Positions 32,559 to 44,486 are shown, numbered from the stretch's first letter. The stretch: 64,000 nucleotides of DNA from an uncultured Dehalococcoidia bacterium (GCA_903844845.1 CAIMVG010000004.1:30840-94839), one strand, 5' to 3'. Made by a program: numbers and translations. Notes: generated from the letters alone by a model not told the origin.

Positions 32559-34001
32559 TTGGAAAATAAAACCAATATCAAGTTTGGCACGGACGGCTGG
32601 AGAGCAGTGATTGCAGACGAATTTACTTTCACAAATGTCCGCATCTGCACACAGGGTGTAGCCCTTTACCTGAAAGAGGCACTATTAGAGGGCGCCGGCA
32701 TGGTGATAGGGTATGACACCCGTTTCCAATCGGCCGAATTTGCCCGCACCGCCGCCGAAGTTCTGGCCGGAAATGGCATAAAGGTTTACCTGAGCGACCG
32801 AGCGGTTCCGACACCTGTCGTCAGCTTTGCGGTAAAAAACCTTAGTGCCTGCGGGGGTATCGTAATCACAGCCAGCCACAACCCGGCGGGATGGAACGGA
32901 TTTAAACTAAAGTCGGCCGACGGCGCCAGTGCACCAGGCGAAACGGTAGCCCGTGTCGAAAAACTCATTTCAGCGTTAAACCACAATTCGGTTAAAACCA
33001 TACCTCTCCAACAGGGGTTGGAGAATGGAATAATAAAAAGTATGGATTTTGCGCCCGCTTACAACGCGCAAATCAACCGCCTGCTCGATCTTTCCGCCAT
33101 CCGTCATTCCGGGCTTAAAATCGCAGTAGATTCCATGCACGGCGCGGGAGGGGGGTATTTGAAATCCCTTCTCAGCAATAGCATGTGCCGAACAACAGAA
33201 ATCAAATCTGAACCCAACCCTGCTTTCCCCGGCATGAAACAGCCTGAGCCCATCAGCGCCAATCTGTTCCAATTGTCAGAAACCGTAATCAGGGAACAAG
33301 CCGACGTGGGTCTGGCAACTGACGGAGACGCAGACCGCCTCGGCATTATTAACGAACACGGGGATTTTATGACCCAACTCCAGGTCTACGCCCTGCTGGC
33401 GTACTATTTCCTGGAAGTCCGCAGAGAACGCGGCGCCTTAGTCAAGACTCTCACTTCGACGAGCATGATAAACAGGCTTGGAGAGATTTATAACGTTCCG
33501 GTTTTTGAGACCCAGGTCGGATTTAAATATGTAGCACCCGTGATGATACGCGAGAATGCACTTATGGGCGGGGAAGAAAGCGGCGGATACGGTTTCCACG
33601 GACACGTACCCGAACGAGACGGACTCCTGGCCGGGCTTTATTTTCTGGATTTCATGGCGAGGACAGGCAAGACACCCTCCGAGCTGCTGGAGCGGCTTTA
33701 TGGCCTGGTGGGACCGCATTACTATGATCGGCGTGATATTGTTTTTAACGAGGCAGATCGAAAAGAAATAGTGGGCCGCATGGGCTCTGCCTTGCCGGGT
33801 TCAATTTCGGGGATAAAAGTCCTTCGAAAAGAAAGTACCGATGGCTTCCGTTTTATCCTGCAAAACGGTTCCTGGCTGCTCGTGCGTTTCTCAGGCACAG
33901 AACCTCTGCTCCGGGTTTATGCAGAAAGCGGTAATCTAGATGAAGTGAGGCTGCTTCTCGATAACGGTGTCCATATGGCGGGGGTGCAAGACACAATTTA
34001 A
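32559..34001 (+). CDS. Phosphoglucomutase/phosphomannomutase family protein
   Basis: Contains the active-site loop TASHNPAGWNGFK and the Mg site DGDADRLG. Confidence 0.9.
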   Translation: MENKTNIKFGTDGWRAVIADEFTFTNVRICTQGVALYLKEALLEGAGMVIGYDTRFQSAEFARTAAEVLAGNGIKVYLSDRAVPTPVVSFAVKNLSACGGIVITASHNPAGWNGFKLKSADGASAPGETVARVEKLISALNHNSVKTIPLQQGLENGIIKSMDFAPAYNAQINRLLDLSAIRHSGLKIAVDSMHGAGGGYLKSLLSNSMCRTTEIKSEPNPAFPGMKQPEPISANLFQLSETVIREQADVGLATDGDADRLGIINEHGDFMTQLQVYALLAYYFLEVRRERGALVKTLTSTSMINRLGEIYNVPVFETQVGFKYVAPVMIRENALMGGEESGGYGFHGHVPERDGLLAGLYFLDFMARTGKTPSELLERLYGLVGPHYYDRRDIVFNEADRKEIVGRMGSALPGSISGIKVLRKESTDGFRFILQNGSWLLVRFSGTEPLLRVYAESGNLDEVRLLLDNGVHMAGVQDTI

Positions 34002-34151
34002 TAATTATCAACCTGTACGACATTTCTTGATACCGCGAGCCCGTTCCTCTAAGTGCAAAACGGCCAGCATCATTAATCCCATTCCTGAACAGCCATCACC
34101 CTTTTTACGGCAAGTATTTATGGATAGCACCCAATTAATCGTCTTGTGTTA

Positions 34152-34565
34152 CTACGCCCTTCCATAGTCATCCTGCAGTCTCTGGACATCATCCAATTCG
34201 GATGTCGAAACCTCTAAAAGCGTAGAGTCCTCAAGCGCTTCCATTCTATGCCTGGTCAATGGTTTGATTCTTACCGAATCCCCGGGTTCAAGTACTTGCT
34301 CAACCAATTCGTTACCCGGATCTCCGAAATGAAGGCGTATTTTACCCTTATAGATGTAGATCGTTTCGTCTTTAAATTGATGGAATTGCAAGCTAAATCT
34401 GTGCCCTTCATTGATAAATAAAATCTTCCCGGCGTAATGCTCAGTATGCGCAAATATAAGTTCATAACCCCAGGGTTTTTCAATTTTTTTGGCTTTACTA
34501 ATATTCTTAATCGGCACTCGTTCATCCCTTTTAGATTTACTCGCCATTATAGATATCAGAAACAT
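34152..34565 (-). CDS. Cupin-domain protein (mannose-6-phosphate isomerase type II-like)
   Basis: Contains EKPWGYELIFAHTEHYAGKILFINEGHRFSLQFH. The start may be ATG 34547. Confidence 0.75.
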   Translation of the reverse strand: MFLISIMASKSKRDERVPIKNISKAKKIEKPWGYELIFAHTEHYAGKILFINEGHRFSLQFHQFKDETIYIYKGKIRLHFGDPGNELVEQVLEPGDSVRIKPLTRHRMEALEDSTLLEVSTSELDDVQRLQDDYGRA

Positions 34566-34622
34566 TTATTTCAATCCGATTACGGCAAGAAGACTGTTAT
34601 TGTCTCATGGGATCCAATGGCC

Positions 34623-34662
34623 ACAAAAACAAGGAGCCGCGGGATTTCTCCCACAGCTCCTT
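34623..34662 (-). terminator. Intrinsic terminator after rpsI
   Basis: Minus-strand AAGGAGCUGUGGGA-GAAA-UCCCGCGGCUCCUU forms a 14-bp stem with two G-U pairs, followed by GUUUUUG. It lies 26 nt after the rpsI stop. Confidence 0.8.
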
Positions 34663-34687
34663 AGTTTCCATATTTGTCCCGGTATGA

Positions 34688-35083
34688 TTAACGCTTGGTG
34701 TACTGCGATGCTTTCCGGGCGCGCTTGAGTCCCGGCTTCTTTCTTTCCTTCGCCCTCGGGTCGCGAGTAAGCAACCCTTCTTTGCGTAATATTGCCTTGT
34801 GCTTCTCGTCTTCTTTAAGAAGTGCTCGAGAGATGCCCATGGCGATGGAATCGGCCTGGCCAGTTATGCCGCCTCCGGATACTTTGACAACTATGTCATA
34901 CTTAGTACCAGCCTCAGTCACAACTAACGGTTTCAGAATTGACTGCCGGTGGTCAAAGCGAGTGAAGCGTTCTTCATAGTTTGCGCCGTCAACCGTAATA
35001 TTGCCCGTGCCGGGGCTCAATCGCACCTGAGCCACAGAGGTCTTGCGTCTTCCGGTTCCACCGGTATAAGTCTTTTTAACCAC
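34688..35083 (-). CDS. rpsI: 30S ribosomal protein S9
   Basis: Contains GRRKTSVAQV...GGGITGQADSI and a C-terminal KR. Confidence 0.97.
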   Translation of the reverse strand: MVKKTYTGGTGRRKTSVAQVRLSPGTGNITVDGANYEERFTRFDHRQSILKPLVVTEAGTKYDIVVKVSGGGITGQADSIAMGISRALLKEDEKHKAILRKEGLLTRDPRAKERKKPGLKRARKASQYTKR

Positions 35084-35094
35084 TATATCCCCCT

Positions 35095-35526
35095 TTAAGC
35101 CTCAACCTTTTTAGCGGCTGCAGTTAAGGTGTGCGGATGTTCCGCTCCGGCATAGACTTTTAGTTTTTTAATCATGGCATCACCAAGTTTATTCTGGGGA
35201 AGCATGCCCTTCACTGCGTGCTCGATAACCATTTCCGGTTTATCCTTAAGCATATCGCCAAGAGGGACAGCCCTGAAGCCCCCGGGGTAGCCTGAATGCC
35301 GGTAGTACATCTTCTGTTCCAGTTTCTTGCCGGTTACCCTGATTTTTGTTGCGTTGATAATGACAACATAATCACCGGTATCCATGTTGCGCGTAAACAT
35401 AGTCTTGTTTTTGCCCATTAAGAGCTCAGCCGCCTCGGTGGCGACCTTGCCGAGCACTTTGTCGGCGGCGTCGATAAGATGCCACTCGCGTACAATTTCT
35501 CTGGCCTTGACACTGTAGGTTTTCAT
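35095..35526 (-). CDS. rplM: 50S ribosomal protein L13
   Basis: Contains [17 protein letters not shown]... Confidence 0.97.
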   Translation of the reverse strand: MKTYSVKAREIVREWHLIDAADKVLGKVATEAAELLMGKNKTMFTRNMDTGDYVVIINATKIRVTGKKLEQKMYYRHSGYPGGFRAVPLGDMLKDKPEMVIEHAVKGMLPQNKLGDAMIKKLKVYAGAEHPHTLTAAAKKVEA

Positions 35527-36359
35527 TAAATGCCTTCCTCTAAACTGTTGCTGTAATACACTTTATTCAAATAAAGGCCGCAAGCGGGCGCTGAAGGGCC
35601 CGCCAGACCGAACTCACGAACGCTAATTATAGCTTGAAATTCTTCTTGTGTCATCTTGCCCTGTCCTACTCTTATAAGGGCGCCAACTGTGTTGCGAACC
35701 TGATGGGCTAAAAAGGCGCTTGCCACGAGCTTTACAACGACCATGTTTCCAGCCCGTCTGGTACCCGCATCATACATATGCCGTACGGTCGTCTTCTCTA
35801 TATCGTCTAAAGCCGGTGTAAAGGATGCAAAATCATGCTCCCCAAGTAAGAGCTTGCAAGCCCTGTCCATGGCGCAAGCATCGATATGCCCGGACACCTG
35901 GTAAGCCCGCCCTTTCCAAAGGGCGGAACGAGTATTAGAATTCAAAATACAATACTCATATTCCCTTTTGGAAGCATGCCTGCGGGGGTCGAAACTTTCT
36001 TCCACCGCTTTAGCGGACTTCACGGAAATATCATCCGGAAGAAAGTGGTTCATTCCGCTTATGAAAGTATGTATGGGAAGAGACGAAGATGTTATAAAGC
36101 TTGCGACCTGCCCGTAGGCATGTACACCTGCATCGGTTCGCCCCGCCATGCTGACCCTGATATCTTCTCCCGTCAGGGCGAGAAGCGCATCTTGAAGCTC
36201 GGACTGCACCGTAGCGACATCGCTCTGCATCTGCGAGCCGGCGTAGCGCCGGCCGTTGTATTCAATCACCAGCGCTATGCGGCTGATCCCTGCTGACGAT
36301 TTTTCAGTCTCGATACACGCACCACCGTCAACCTCTTGCTGAGACAGAGCCAGAACCAT
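35526..36359 (-). CDS. truA: tRNA pseudouridine(38-40) synthase
   Basis: Contains the GRTDAGVHA catalytic motif. It lies between rplQ and rplM. Confidence 0.9.
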   Translation of the reverse strand: MVLALSQQEVDGGACIETEKSSAGISRIALVIEYNGRRYAGSQMQSDVATVQSELQDALLALTGEDIRVSMAGRTDAGVHAYGQVASFITSSSLPIHTFISGMNHFLPDDISVKSAKAVEESFDPRRHASKREYEYCILNSNTRSALWKGRAYQVSGHIDACAMDRACKLLLGEHDFASFTPALDDIEKTTVRHMYDAGTRRAGNMVVVKLVASAFLAHQVRNTVGALIRVGQGKMTQEEFQAIISVREFGLAGPSAPACGLYLNKVYYSNSLEEGI

Positions 36360-36360
36360 G

Positions 36361-36714
36361 CTACTTTACCAACTCCAACTGAGCCATTGCAGCACCATCG
36401 CCCAAACGTCTTGCGAGTTTAGTGATGCGGGTATACCCGCCTTTCCGTTCTGCATACCGTTTTGAAATATCGTCGAATACCTTCCGAACGACGGCTTCAT
36501 CATAGATAAAAGCCAGAGCGCGGCGGCGAGCGCTCAAATCACCTTTTTTACCAAGCGTAATCATCTTCTCCGCCATGTTGCGGATCTCTTTTGCTTTCGC
36601 CTCGGTGGTAACAATCTTTTCGTTGTCCATCAGGCTCAAAACAAGATTACGGTACATGGCCGTACGGTGCGCCGTAGGCCGATCGAATTTTCTGCCAGAA
36701 ATATTATGACTCAT
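36361..36714 (-). CDS. rplQ: 50S ribosomal protein L17
   Basis: Contains [18 protein letters not shown]. Confidence 0.97.
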   Translation of the reverse strand: MSHNISGRKFDRPTAHRTAMYRNLVLSLMDNEKIVTTEAKAKEIRNMAEKMITLGKKGDLSARRRALAFIYDEAVVRKVFDDISKRYAERKGGYTRITKLARRLGDGAAMAQLELVK

Positions 36715-36760
36715 ATATCCTCACCTTGACTAGAATCGATTATTAAACCTGATTGAATCG

Positions 36761-37774
36761 TTATTCCGAGGTCTTCTTTTTGCGCGCGGGCTTCTTGGGT
36801 TCTTCTTCCTCTTCTTCAGAAACCTCTTCCGAGCCGGTGTCGCTTATCTTCGGGAAAGCCAAGCCAAGGCTTGTAAGCTTTTCCTCGACTTCCTGCCGTG
36901 ATTTCTGCCCGAAATTCCTAAGGGACAGAAGCTCCTTCTCACCCAAGCTTACGAGCTCACCGACCGTGTTGATCCCGCTACGGCGAAGGCAATTCATTGC
37001 CCGCACAGAAAGGTCCAGTTTCTCAACCGGCATGTTATACAGGTCCTCGGGGATAGAGGCCCGGATAGCTTTCTTTTCATCGTCTATCTCTGAAGCCCGC
37101 CCGTAATCCACCATCGGTTTCAGCTGTTCGACAAGCAAGCTGGCGCCGCGGCTGATAGCCCGCGACGGAGCAAGCGTACCGTCGGTCCATATCTCCAGGG
37201 TCAGCTTCTCAAGACTGGTCTCGCGCCCAAGGTGCAGGGGTTCGGTCGTAAAATTGACCTTTCGGACAGGTGTAAATATGGCATCCACCGGAATGGTGCC
37301 GATAGGAAGATTGTCACTGCCTCCGGCGGTCTGAAAACCCATGCCCATCTCCACGTCCATCTCGACAGACAGCCTGGCATTCTTGCCGCTGAGAGTGGCC
37401 AGGTAGAGGTCGGGATTAACCACCTCAAAATCCATTGAAGAGGTGATATCGGACGCATGCACTTCCCCCTCACCGTCTTTTTCGAGATAAAGCTTCCCTG
37501 CCTGACCTGTAATGGATTTCAGTTTCAACGATTTGATGTTCAAAACGAAATCCAGTACGTCTTCTTTTACGTTAGGGATAGGTGAAAACTCATGCTGAAT
37601 GCCTTCAATGCGCACCCTGGTAACGGCGGCGCCGGGAAGATAACGGAGCAACACACGGCGTAAAGCATTACCCAGTGTCGTGCCGAAGCCTTTCTCCAGC
37701 GGTTCTGCCACAAAGCGTCCGTACTTTTCACCGGACTCCACGTTCTCAATTTTGGGTAAAGATAGGTTTGCCAA
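36761..37774 (-). CDS. rpoA: DNA-directed RNA polymerase subunit alpha
   Basis: Has the N-terminal assembly domain and a C-terminal domain reading [22 protein letters not shown]. Confidence 0.97.
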   Translation of the reverse strand: MANLSLPKIENVESGEKYGRFVAEPLEKGFGTTLGNALRRVLLRYLPGAAVTRVRIEGIQHEFSPIPNVKEDVLDFVLNIKSLKLKSITGQAGKLYLEKDGEGEVHASDITSSMDFEVVNPDLYLATLSGKNARLSVEMDVEMGMGFQTAGGSDNLPIGTIPVDAIFTPVRKVNFTTEPLHLGRETSLEKLTLEIWTDGTLAPSRAISRGASLLVEQLKPMVDYGRASEIDDEKKAIRASIPEDLYNMPVEKLDLSVRAMNCLRRSGINTVGELVSLGEKELLSLRNFGQKSRQEVEEKLTSLGLAFPKISDTGSEEVSEEEEEEPKKPARKKKTSE

Positions 37775-37791
37775 AGAGGCCTCCCAAGCTT

Positions 37792-38415
37792 CTAGCGCGA
37801 GTAATACTCGACAACAGAAGCCATATCGTACTTAGTCTCTATATCGCCGGCTTTAGGCAGGCTTGTGACGCGCCCGACCATCGGCGTTTTATCCAGGCTG
37901 AGCCACGGAGCCACGACCTTGCTGCCAATGCTCTCCGCCACCAGCTTGAAATATGCATTCTTTTTGCTGGTCTCATGCCATCCGATAATGTCACCTTCCT
38001 TAACGATGAAAGAAGGAATATCGGTCCTTTTTCCGTTAACAATGAAATGCCCATGCTGAACAAGCTGACGCGCCTGGCAACGTGAATCAGCAAAACCAAG
38101 CCGATAAATCACATTGTCCAATCTCTTCTCAAGCAGAATCATAAGGTTCTCGCCAGTGATGCCGCTCTGTCGTTCGGCCTCGGCGAAAAAGCGCCTGAAC
38201 TGACGTTCAAGAACGCCATAACTGAAACGCACTTTCTGTTTTTCGCGCAACTGGGCGCCACGATCAGACAGCCTGCGGCGACGGGACAGCTGAGGGCCAG
38301 GAGGTTTAGGCCGCTTGTCATAGGTGCATTTTGTGACGCACTTGTCGCCTTTGAGAAACAGCTTTTCTCCGCTACGGCGGCAAAGCCGACATTTTGCTTC
38401 AGTATATCTAGCCAT
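37792..38415 (-). CDS. rpsD: 30S ribosomal protein S4 (Cys4 zinc-finger form)
   Basis: Contains [22 protein letters not shown] and [15 protein letters not shown]. Confidence 0.97.
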   Translation of the reverse strand: MARYTEAKCRLCRRSGEKLFLKGDKCVTKCTYDKRPKPPGPQLSRRRRLSDRGAQLREKQKVRFSYGVLERQFRRFFAEAERQSGITGENLMILLEKRLDNVIYRLGFADSRCQARQLVQHGHFIVNGKRTDIPSFIVKEGDIIGWHETSKKNAYFKLVAESIGSKVVAPWLSLDKTPMVGRVTSLPKAGDIETKYDMASVVEYYSR

Positions 38416-38418
38416 AGG

Positions 38419-38808
38419 TTACACACGCCTCCTTTTGGGCGGACGGCAGCCGTTATGCGGCACAGGGGTAACGTCGCGGATACTGCTGATGTGCAAACCA
38501 GAGGCTTGCAGTGAGCGGATCGCAGCCTCACGCCCGCTTCCGGGACCTTTAACGAATACCTCGATCTGTTTAAGCCCGACTTCCATCGCTTTGCGCGCGG
38601 CGGTAGTGGCGGCCATCTGGGCGGCATAGGGTGTGCTTTTGCGAGAGCCTTTAAACCCGGACGCGCCGGCACTGGAGGATGAAATGACGTTCCCCTGCAG
38701 GTCGGTCAACGTGACTATCGTATTATTAAAGGTTGCCTGAACATACGCCCTGCCGGAAGGTATGACCTTCTTTTCACGTTTTTTAGTTGCCTTCTTAGTT
38801 TGTGCCAT
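38419..38808 (-). CDS. rpsK: 30S ribosomal protein S11
   Basis: Contains [18 protein letters not shown]. Confidence 0.97.
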   Translation of the reverse strand: MAQTKKATKKREKKVIPSGRAYVQATFNNTIVTLTDLQGNVISSSSAGASGFKGSRKSTPYAAQMAATTAARKAMEVGLKQIEVFVKGPGSGREAAIRSLQASGLHISSIRDVTPVPHNGCRPPKRRRV

Positions 38809-38841
38809 GTACTACTCCTAGTTGTCTTTTAATTAAACCGT

Positions 38842-39228
38842 TTATTTCTTGCCGCCGCGTTTCTGACCGCGTCCTGCAACAGTCTTCGGTTTGCCTTTGC
38901 GAGTGCGTGCATTGGTACGGGTGCGCTGCCCACGAACCGGCAAACCTCTCCTGTGGCGCAATCCACGGTAAGAACCTATATCAATAAGACGCTTGATGTT
39001 GAGGTTGATTTCTTTGCGTAACTCTCCCTCGACGCGAAATTCACGATCGATGTATTCGCGGATTCGGTTGAGTTCTGCTTCGGAAAGTTCATCCATCTTG
39101 GATTCCGGTTTAACTTTCGTAGCTTCCAGAATCTGGAAAGCCCTAGCCGGCCCCACGCCGTAAAGATACTGCAATGATACCCAGGCCTGTTTTTCCTTGG
39201 GGAGATCTACCCCGGCTATACGTGCCAT
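38842..39228 (-). CDS. rpsM: 30S ribosomal protein S13
   Basis: Contains [13 protein letters not shown]... Confidence 0.97.
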   Translation of the reverse strand: MARIAGVDLPKEKQAWVSLQYLYGVGPARAFQILEATKVKPESKMDELSEAELNRIREYIDREFRVEGELRKEINLNIKRLIDIGSYRGLRHRRGLPVRGQRTRTNARTRKGKPKTVAGRGQKRGGKK

Positions 39229-39249
39229 CTAATCCTCCTCTAGACCAAC

Positions 39250-39363
39250 CTAACCCTGACGCTGCTTGTGTTTAGGGTTAGTGCAGATATTCCGAACTAC
39301 GCCTTTACGTTTGATTATCTTGCATTTTTCACATTGTACTTTGACCGATGCTCTGACTTTCAT
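39250..39363 (-). CDS. rpmJ: 50S ribosomal protein L36 (zinc-binding form)
   Basis: Below the ORF-track size cut-off. My own translation is [37 protein letters not shown] followed by a stop (TAG). It occupies the canonical position between infA and rpsM. Confidence 0.95.
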   Translation of the reverse strand: MKVRASVKVQCEKCKIIKRKGVVRNICTNPKHKQRQG

Positions 39364-39387
39364 GTTATTACCTCTCCTGAGTGCCGT

Positions 39388-39606
39388 TTATTTAAAGCGG
39401 TATGTGATTCGCCCGCGGGACAGGTCATAAGGCGACAGCTCAACCAAAACCTTGTCACCAGGTAAAACTCTTATGTAATGTACCCTAATCTTACCGGAGA
39501 TATGCGCCAGCACCGAGTGTCCGTTAGCCAGCTTCACCTGAAATGTGGCATTGGGCAGAGCTTCAGTTACGGTGCCTTCAACCTCGATCGCTTCTTTCTT
39601 CGTCAT
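39388..39606 (-). CDS. infA: Translation initiation factor IF-1
   Basis: Contains [24 protein letters not shown]. Confidence 0.97.
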   Translation of the reverse strand: MTKKEAIEVEGTVTEALPNATFQVKLANGHSVLAHISGKIRVHYIRVLPGDKVLVELSPYDLSRGRITYRFK

Positions 39607-39617
39607 AATATCCCTTA

Positions 39618-40367
39618 TTATACCCTGGTCAGGATCTCTGCCCCGCTGGCGGTCACAGCCACGGTGTGCTCAAAATGAGCCGCCATGCTGCCGTCGGCGG
39701 TCGAGACTACCCAGTTATCGCGGCCTACTTTCGTACGCCAGCCGCCTGTGGTCAACATTGGCTCCAATGCCAGAGTCATGCCTTTTTTCAATTCCGGCCC
39801 GGTGCCGGGTTCACCGAAATTAGGCACCAACGGATCTTCGTGCATCTCTCGCCCGATACCGTGCCCGGTATATTCGCGGATCACTGAAAATCCGCGGGCC
39901 TCTGCATAACGCTGTATGGCAGAGGAAACATCCCCCAAGCGTCCGCCGGCTTTTGCGGCTGCGATACCAGCTGCCAATGATTCCTGGGTGGCACTTAAAA
40001 GACTCCGGGCCAATAACCCACCCTCCCCAACAATCACGGTTATCGCCGAATCACCCTGATATCCATCTACGATAGCACCGAAATCGAGGGAAACGATATC
40101 TCCTTCTTTTATTACACGGTCACCCGGGATGCCATGAACAATCTCATCGTTGACAGAAACGCAAACACTGGCCGGATAGCCGCGGTAACCCTTAAACGAA
40201 GACCTCCCACCCAGTTTGCGAAGTTCACGTTCAGCTATCTCATTCAGTTCCCTGGTTTTAATACCGGCCTGAATGCTGTCCCTGAGCGTTTCGAGTACCA
40301 GGGCTGTCACGCGTCCGGCTTTTCGCATCAAGTCGATTTCACGTTCATTTTTAATACCGATTGCCAT
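39618..40367 (-). CDS. map: Type I methionine aminopeptidase
   Basis: Start taken at ATG 40367 ([18 protein letters not shown]), just after the adk stop. Contains HGIGREMHE. Confidence 0.92.
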   Translation of the reverse strand: MAIGIKNEREIDLMRKAGRVTALVLETLRDSIQAGIKTRELNEIAERELRKLGGRSSFKGYRGYPASVCVSVNDEIVHGIPGDRVIKEGDIVSLDFGAIVDGYQGDSAITVIVGEGGLLARSLLSATQESLAAGIAAAKAGGRLGDVSSAIQRYAEARGFSVIREYTGHGIGREMHEDPLVPNFGEPGTGPELKKGMTLALEPMLTTGGWRTKVGRDNWVVSTADGSMAAHFEHTVAVTASGAEILTRV

Positions 40368-40368
40368 T

Positions 40369-41034
40369 CTAAGCCCGCCCGCCGACGGCACTTACTATGC
40401 GATCGGTAACAATATTTACGGCACCCTCGCCTTCTACCTCAGCCAGCTTTCCCTTGCGCAGGTAGTAATCTATCAAAGGTGTGGTATCGTTAAAGTATAC
40501 CTCAAGACGCTTCTTCACCGTTTCCGGAGAATCGTCTGCCCTCTGGTAAAGTTCCCCGCCACATTTCTGACATACGGACGGTTGTCCGCCGGCGGCTTCC
40601 CTGGTATGGGGAGCCTGACATTTACGGCACAACCACCGAGTCGAGAGGCGACGTATAAGTTCCGGCTGTTCTACCCGGATATAAATTACGCGCCAAACAG
40701 CTTCCTCCTGAGCACTCAAAGCTCTGTCCAGGCTCTCCGCCTGTGCCAGGTTCCGAGGAAAACCGTCAAGTATTATACCCTTTTGCGATGAGGGTTGAGC
40801 GAGCCTGTTAAGAACCATCTGGATGGTAATCTCGTCAGGAACCAGGGTCCCTTTTTCCATGTACGCCTTGACCTTGAGCCCCAACTCGTCACCTCTCTCG
40901 ACAGCTTGCCGGAAGAGGTCCCCCGAGGAGATATGCGCCATGTTCAATTCCCGGGCCACACCCGCTGCCTGGGTCCCTTTACCAGCCCCAGGCGCACCGA
41001 GAAAAATGATTATTATAGGTTGATCTTTAACCAA
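40369..41034 (-). CDS. adk: Adenylate kinase (zinc-lid form)
   Basis: Contains the GAPGAGKGTQ P-loop and the lid CRKC...CQKCGG. Confidence 0.97.
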   Translation of the reverse strand: MVKDQPIIIIFLGAPGAGKGTQAAGVARELNMAHISSGDLFRQAVERGDELGLKVKAYMEKGTLVPDEITIQMVLNRLAQPSSQKGIILDGFPRNLAQAESLDRALSAQEEAVWRVIYIRVEQPELIRRLSTRWLCRKCQAPHTREAAGGQPSVCQKCGGELYQRADDSPETVKKRLEVYFNDTTPLIDYYLRKGKLAEVEGEGAVNIVTDRIVSAVGGRA

Positions 41035-41042
41035 TGCTCTCT

Positions 41043-42371
41043 CTATTTGATAAACCCTTCATATCGACGCATCGCCAGCTGTGCCTCCATCTGTTTCATG
41101 GTATCAAGCACAACTCCAACGACGATCAGCATGCCTGAACTGGACAACGTCAGCGTCTGTGAAGGAATATTTGTAAGATAGCGTGCGAGAAAAGGAACGA
41201 TGGCCACCAGGGCCAGGAAAAGCGCTCCCGCCCAAGTAATGCGCATGATAACGTTATTCAGGTAGGTTGATGTCTGTTTCCCGGGGCGGATACCAGGAAC
41301 AAACCCGCCCTGGCGTTGAAGCACACCGGGTAAATCCTGCTGCTGGAAAATAACCGTTGTATAAAAGAAGGAGAAACCTACAACTAACAGGAAATACAGA
41401 CCCCAGTAGATAAGCCCTTCAGGGACTGAAGTGCTCGAACTGAACACCCTTGTTACCTGGCTGGCGAAATTTGTACCAGAGGTCGTACCGCCGAACCACT
41501 GGGCTATAATGCCCGGAAACGTAACCATCGCCATCGCGAAAATCAGCGGAATCATACCGGCGGTATTGACTCGCATCGGGATGTAACTGGAACCGGATTG
41601 ACGGTACATGCGCCCGCCTTTATAGACACTCTTCGCATATTGAACAGGAATGCGCCTGTGCGCTTCGGTGAAAATAACAATCAGATAAGCGGTAATGACC
41701 GTTATGACGATGAAGGCGATCAGCCCCGCTATTTGTCCAGCCTGGCCCGCCAGGAACCCGGCTCCAATCTGCTGAGGAAGTTGGGCCATGATACCCGCGA
41801 AAATGATGATAGATACTCCATTGCCGATGCCGTACTGAGTGATCTGCTCGCCCAGCCAGACGCAAAACATGCTCCCCGCAATGAGCGAGAGGATAATCGC
41901 AACGGTCGCCAGTGTACCGGTGTCAGCCACAACCCCTTGATTGCGCATAAGTATCAACTGTGCATAGCCTGAAAGACCGGCCAGGGGCACCATGAGCCAG
42001 TGAGTGATGGTATTAATTTTATCACGCCCGCTCTCGCCCTCTTCTGCAAGGCGTTGAAGAGCGGGGATAATAGGAGTCATCAAAGTGATGACGATACTGG
42101 CTGTAATGTAGGGATAAACACCCATGGCAGCGATACTGAAGTTCTTTAGGGCCCCACCGCTGAACATATCCAGCATGCCAAGCAAGGCGCTGTTGTCGAA
42201 TATGTTCTTGAGACCTGAAGCATCAACTCCGGGAACGGGAACGTGCGCAATCGCACGGAACGCCACCAGGATGCCGAAGGTAATCAGAAGCCTGCGCCTC
42301 AGATCCGGCAGGTTAAACGCGTCAATCATCGCCTGGATGAGACGCGGCCTGGACGACGCTTTTTGCGCCAT
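41043..42371 (-). CDS. secY: Preprotein translocase subunit SecY
   Basis: 442 aa with 10 TM segments, including GGALKNFSIAAMGVYPYITASI. Confidence 0.97.
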   Translation of the reverse strand: MAQKASSRPRLIQAMIDAFNLPDLRRRLLITFGILVAFRAIAHVPVPGVDASGLKNIFDNSALLGMLDMFSGGALKNFSIAAMGVYPYITASIVITLMTPIIPALQRLAEEGESGRDKINTITHWLMVPLAGLSGYAQLILMRNQGVVADTGTLATVAIILSLIAGSMFCVWLGEQITQYGIGNGVSIIIFAGIMAQLPQQIGAGFLAGQAGQIAGLIAFIVITVITAYLIVIFTEAHRRIPVQYAKSVYKGGRMYRQSGSSYIPMRVNTAGMIPLIFAMAMVTFPGIIAQWFGGTTSGTNFASQVTRVFSSSTSVPEGLIYWGLYFLLVVGFSFFYTTVIFQQQDLPGVLQRQGGFVPGIRPGKQTSTYLNNVIMRITWAGALFLALVAIVPFLARYLTNIPSQTLTLSSSGMLIVVGVVLDTMKQMEAQLAMRRYEGFIK

Positions 42372-42817
42372 TAGGCGACCTCCTCCGCAGTACCACCGGC
42401 GGCTTCTATCTTGGCTTTGGCGGCCGCCGAAAAGCTGCTCACTTTTACATTGAGCGCCCGGTCAATCTCTCCGCCGGCAAGTATTTTCACCGGAAAAGCA
42501 GTGGTTTTGATAAGACCGCGAGCCACCATTTCGGAGGGAGTGACTTCACTACCGGATTCGAAACAGTTGAGAGCGGAAACGTTGATAACGTTTATATCCC
42601 TTTTGAAAATGTTGGTGAAGCCGCGTTTCTCAGGAAGGCGCTTGATAATAGGGAGCTGCCCGCCTTCAAACCCTGGGCGTACTTCAAAACCTGCGCGAGC
42701 CTTATTGCCTTTGCAACCACGACCTGAAAAGGTCCCGTGGCCGCTTCCGGCACCGCGTCCTACGCGCTTCTTTGATTTGTGAGAACCCTCAGCGGGAGAT
42801 AGTTCATTTTGCTTCAT
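42371..42817 (-). CDS. rplO: 50S ribosomal protein L15
   Basis: Contains RVGRGAGSGHGTFSGRG. Confidence 0.97.
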   Translation of the reverse strand: MKQNELSPAEGSHKSKKRVGRGAGSGHGTFSGRGCKGNKARAGFEVRPGFEGGQLPIIKRLPEKRGFTNIFKRDINVINVSALNCFESGSEVTPSEMVARGLIKTTAFPVKILAGGEIDRALNVKVSSFSAAAKAKIEAAGGTAEEVA

Positions 42818-42999
42818 CAGGACGCCTCCTCGACTTTGACCAGGTGTCGGACCTTGACCACCATGCCGCGCAGGGAGACAGAATCCTCATGAATCACGCT
42901 CTGATTCAACTTTCGCAATCCCAGAGACTGGATAGTGCGCTTCTGGTCCTCGGCATAACCGATATCACTTTTAATCCATGTAACTTTCAGTTTAGCCAC
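42817..42999 (-). CDS. rpmD: 50S ribosomal protein L30
   Basis: 60 aa, reading [24 protein letters not shown]. Confidence 0.95.
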   Translation of the reverse strand: MAKLKVTWIKSDIGYAEDQKRTIQSLGLRKLNQSVIHEDSVSLRGMVVKVRHLVKVEEAS

Positions 43000-43522
43000 C
43001 GGTAGCCTCCTGCGGCTTTTCGCTCCCCATGCGTTTGGCCATCTCTTTTTTAGGGTCTTTCAAGCTGGACAGGGCGAGCATAACAGCCTTGGCTACGTTA
43101 GTCTTGTTGGAGCTCCCCAGCGATTTGGTTAAAATATCTTTGATACCAGCGGCCTCGACGACCGCACGTACGCTACCGCCGGCTATAATGCCGATACCGG
43201 GGGCAGCCGGTTTGAGCAATACCTGAGCGGCGCCGAATTTGGCGGTAACCTGATAAGGGATGGTATTGCCAGCCATCTGCACTGCGATAAGGTGTTTGTG
43301 CGCAACAGCATTGGCCTTATTTATGGCTTCCGGGACTTCGTTAGACTTGCCTACCCCAATACCAACATGGCCTGCGCCATCGCCGCTCACTACAAGCGCG
43401 GCGAAACTGAGGCGTTTGCCGCCTTTCAGCACTTTAGAGACCCGGTTGATATATACCAGCTTATCGTTTAAAGCCAACTCGGACGCGTCGATCTTACTTC
43501 TGCTAATGCTTTCCTTTGCCAC
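42992..43522 (-). CDS. rpsE: 30S ribosomal protein S5
   Basis: Contains [22 protein letters not shown]. Confidence 0.97.
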   Translation of the reverse strand: MAKESISRSKIDASELALNDKLVYINRVSKVLKGGKRLSFAALVVSGDGAGHVGIGVGKSNEVPEAINKANAVAHKHLIAVQMAGNTIPYQVTAKFGAAQVLLKPAAPGIGIIAGGSVRAVVEAAGIKDILTKSLGSSNKTNVAKAVMLALSSLKDPKKEMAKRMGSEKPQEATGG

Positions 43523-43536
43523 TTCGTTCCGTCCTT

Positions 43537-43902
43537 TTAGAATTCCAACCCGGCTTTGCGGGCGGCTTCGGCGAGGCTTTTGACCCGGCCATGATATTTA
43601 TAACCACCACGGTCAAACACCACCTGCTTGATGCCGGCTTTAAGGGTTCTCTCGGCGACCATGGTTCCAATGACCCCAGCCTGATCCGCTTTCTTTTTGC
43701 CGTCTACTTTTTTGGCGATATCTGGTTCCAGTGTCGAAGCCGAGGTCAAGGTGTGCCCCTGTTCGTCATCTATAACCTGAACGTATATGTGTTCCAAACT
43801 ACGAAAGACGCACAACCTCGGGCGAGCCGCCGTGCCCTTGAGTGTGGCTCGAATGCGGTCGTGCCGAGTCTGGCGAGCCTTCCTAGTACTAACCTTAGCC
43901 AT
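43537..43902 (-). CDS. rplR: 50S ribosomal protein L18
   Basis: Contains [15 protein letters not shown]...[12 protein letters not shown]. Confidence 0.97.
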   Translation of the reverse strand: MAKVSTRKARQTRHDRIRATLKGTAARPRLCVFRSLEHIYVQVIDDEQGHTLTSASTLEPDIAKKVDGKKKADQAGVIGTMVAERTLKAGIKQVVFDRGGYKYHGRVKSLAEAARKAGLEF

Positions 43903-44465
43903 TATTTTGTCTTACCTCCACCTACAGCCTTACCGGCCTTGCCAGGTTTCAGTTTCACTGCTTCCCCGGCATACCTAATCCCTTTGCCCTTATAGGCATC
44001 GGGCGGGCGGATGCGCCGAATCTCGGCGGCGGTCTGGCCGACTGTTTCTTTATCTATACCAGTGACTTTAACATTCAAATTTTTAGCATCGACGTCAAGA
44101 GTAATACCTGCACGTGGTTTAATATTTACCATATGCGTAAACCCGACGCGCAAATTGACATTTGCACCATCTTTTTCGGCCTTAAACCCGACGCCTACAA
44201 TTTCAAGATTTTTCTCATATCCCTTGGTGACGCCTTCGACCATGTTAGCCAGAAGGCTTCGAGTCAGACCGTGCAGGGCACGGTGTGTTTTATCATCAGA
44301 AGGACGGGCCACCATGAGTTTACCGCCTTCCAGCGTAAGCTTCATGTCAGGGCTAATAACGCGCTTCAATTCGCCCTTGGGGCCTTTGATGCTTATCTCG
44401 TTTTCGTTAATGTGGACCACCACACCGGGTGGCACTGTTATGGGCATACGACCTATTCTGGACAT
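43902..44465 (-). CDS. rplF: 50S ribosomal protein L6
   Basis: Contains MSRIGRMPITVPPGV. Confidence 0.97.
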   Translation of the reverse strand: MSRIGRMPITVPPGVVVHINENEISIKGPKGELKRVISPDMKLTLEGGKLMVARPSDDKTHRALHGLTRSLLANMVEGVTKGYEKNLEIVGVGFKAEKDGANVNLRVGFTHMVNIKPRAGITLDVDAKNLNVKVTGIDKETVGQTAAEIRRIRPPDAYKGKGIRYAGEAVKLKPGKAGKAVGGGKTK

Positions 44466-44486
44466 AATTCAGACCTCAAATTCTAT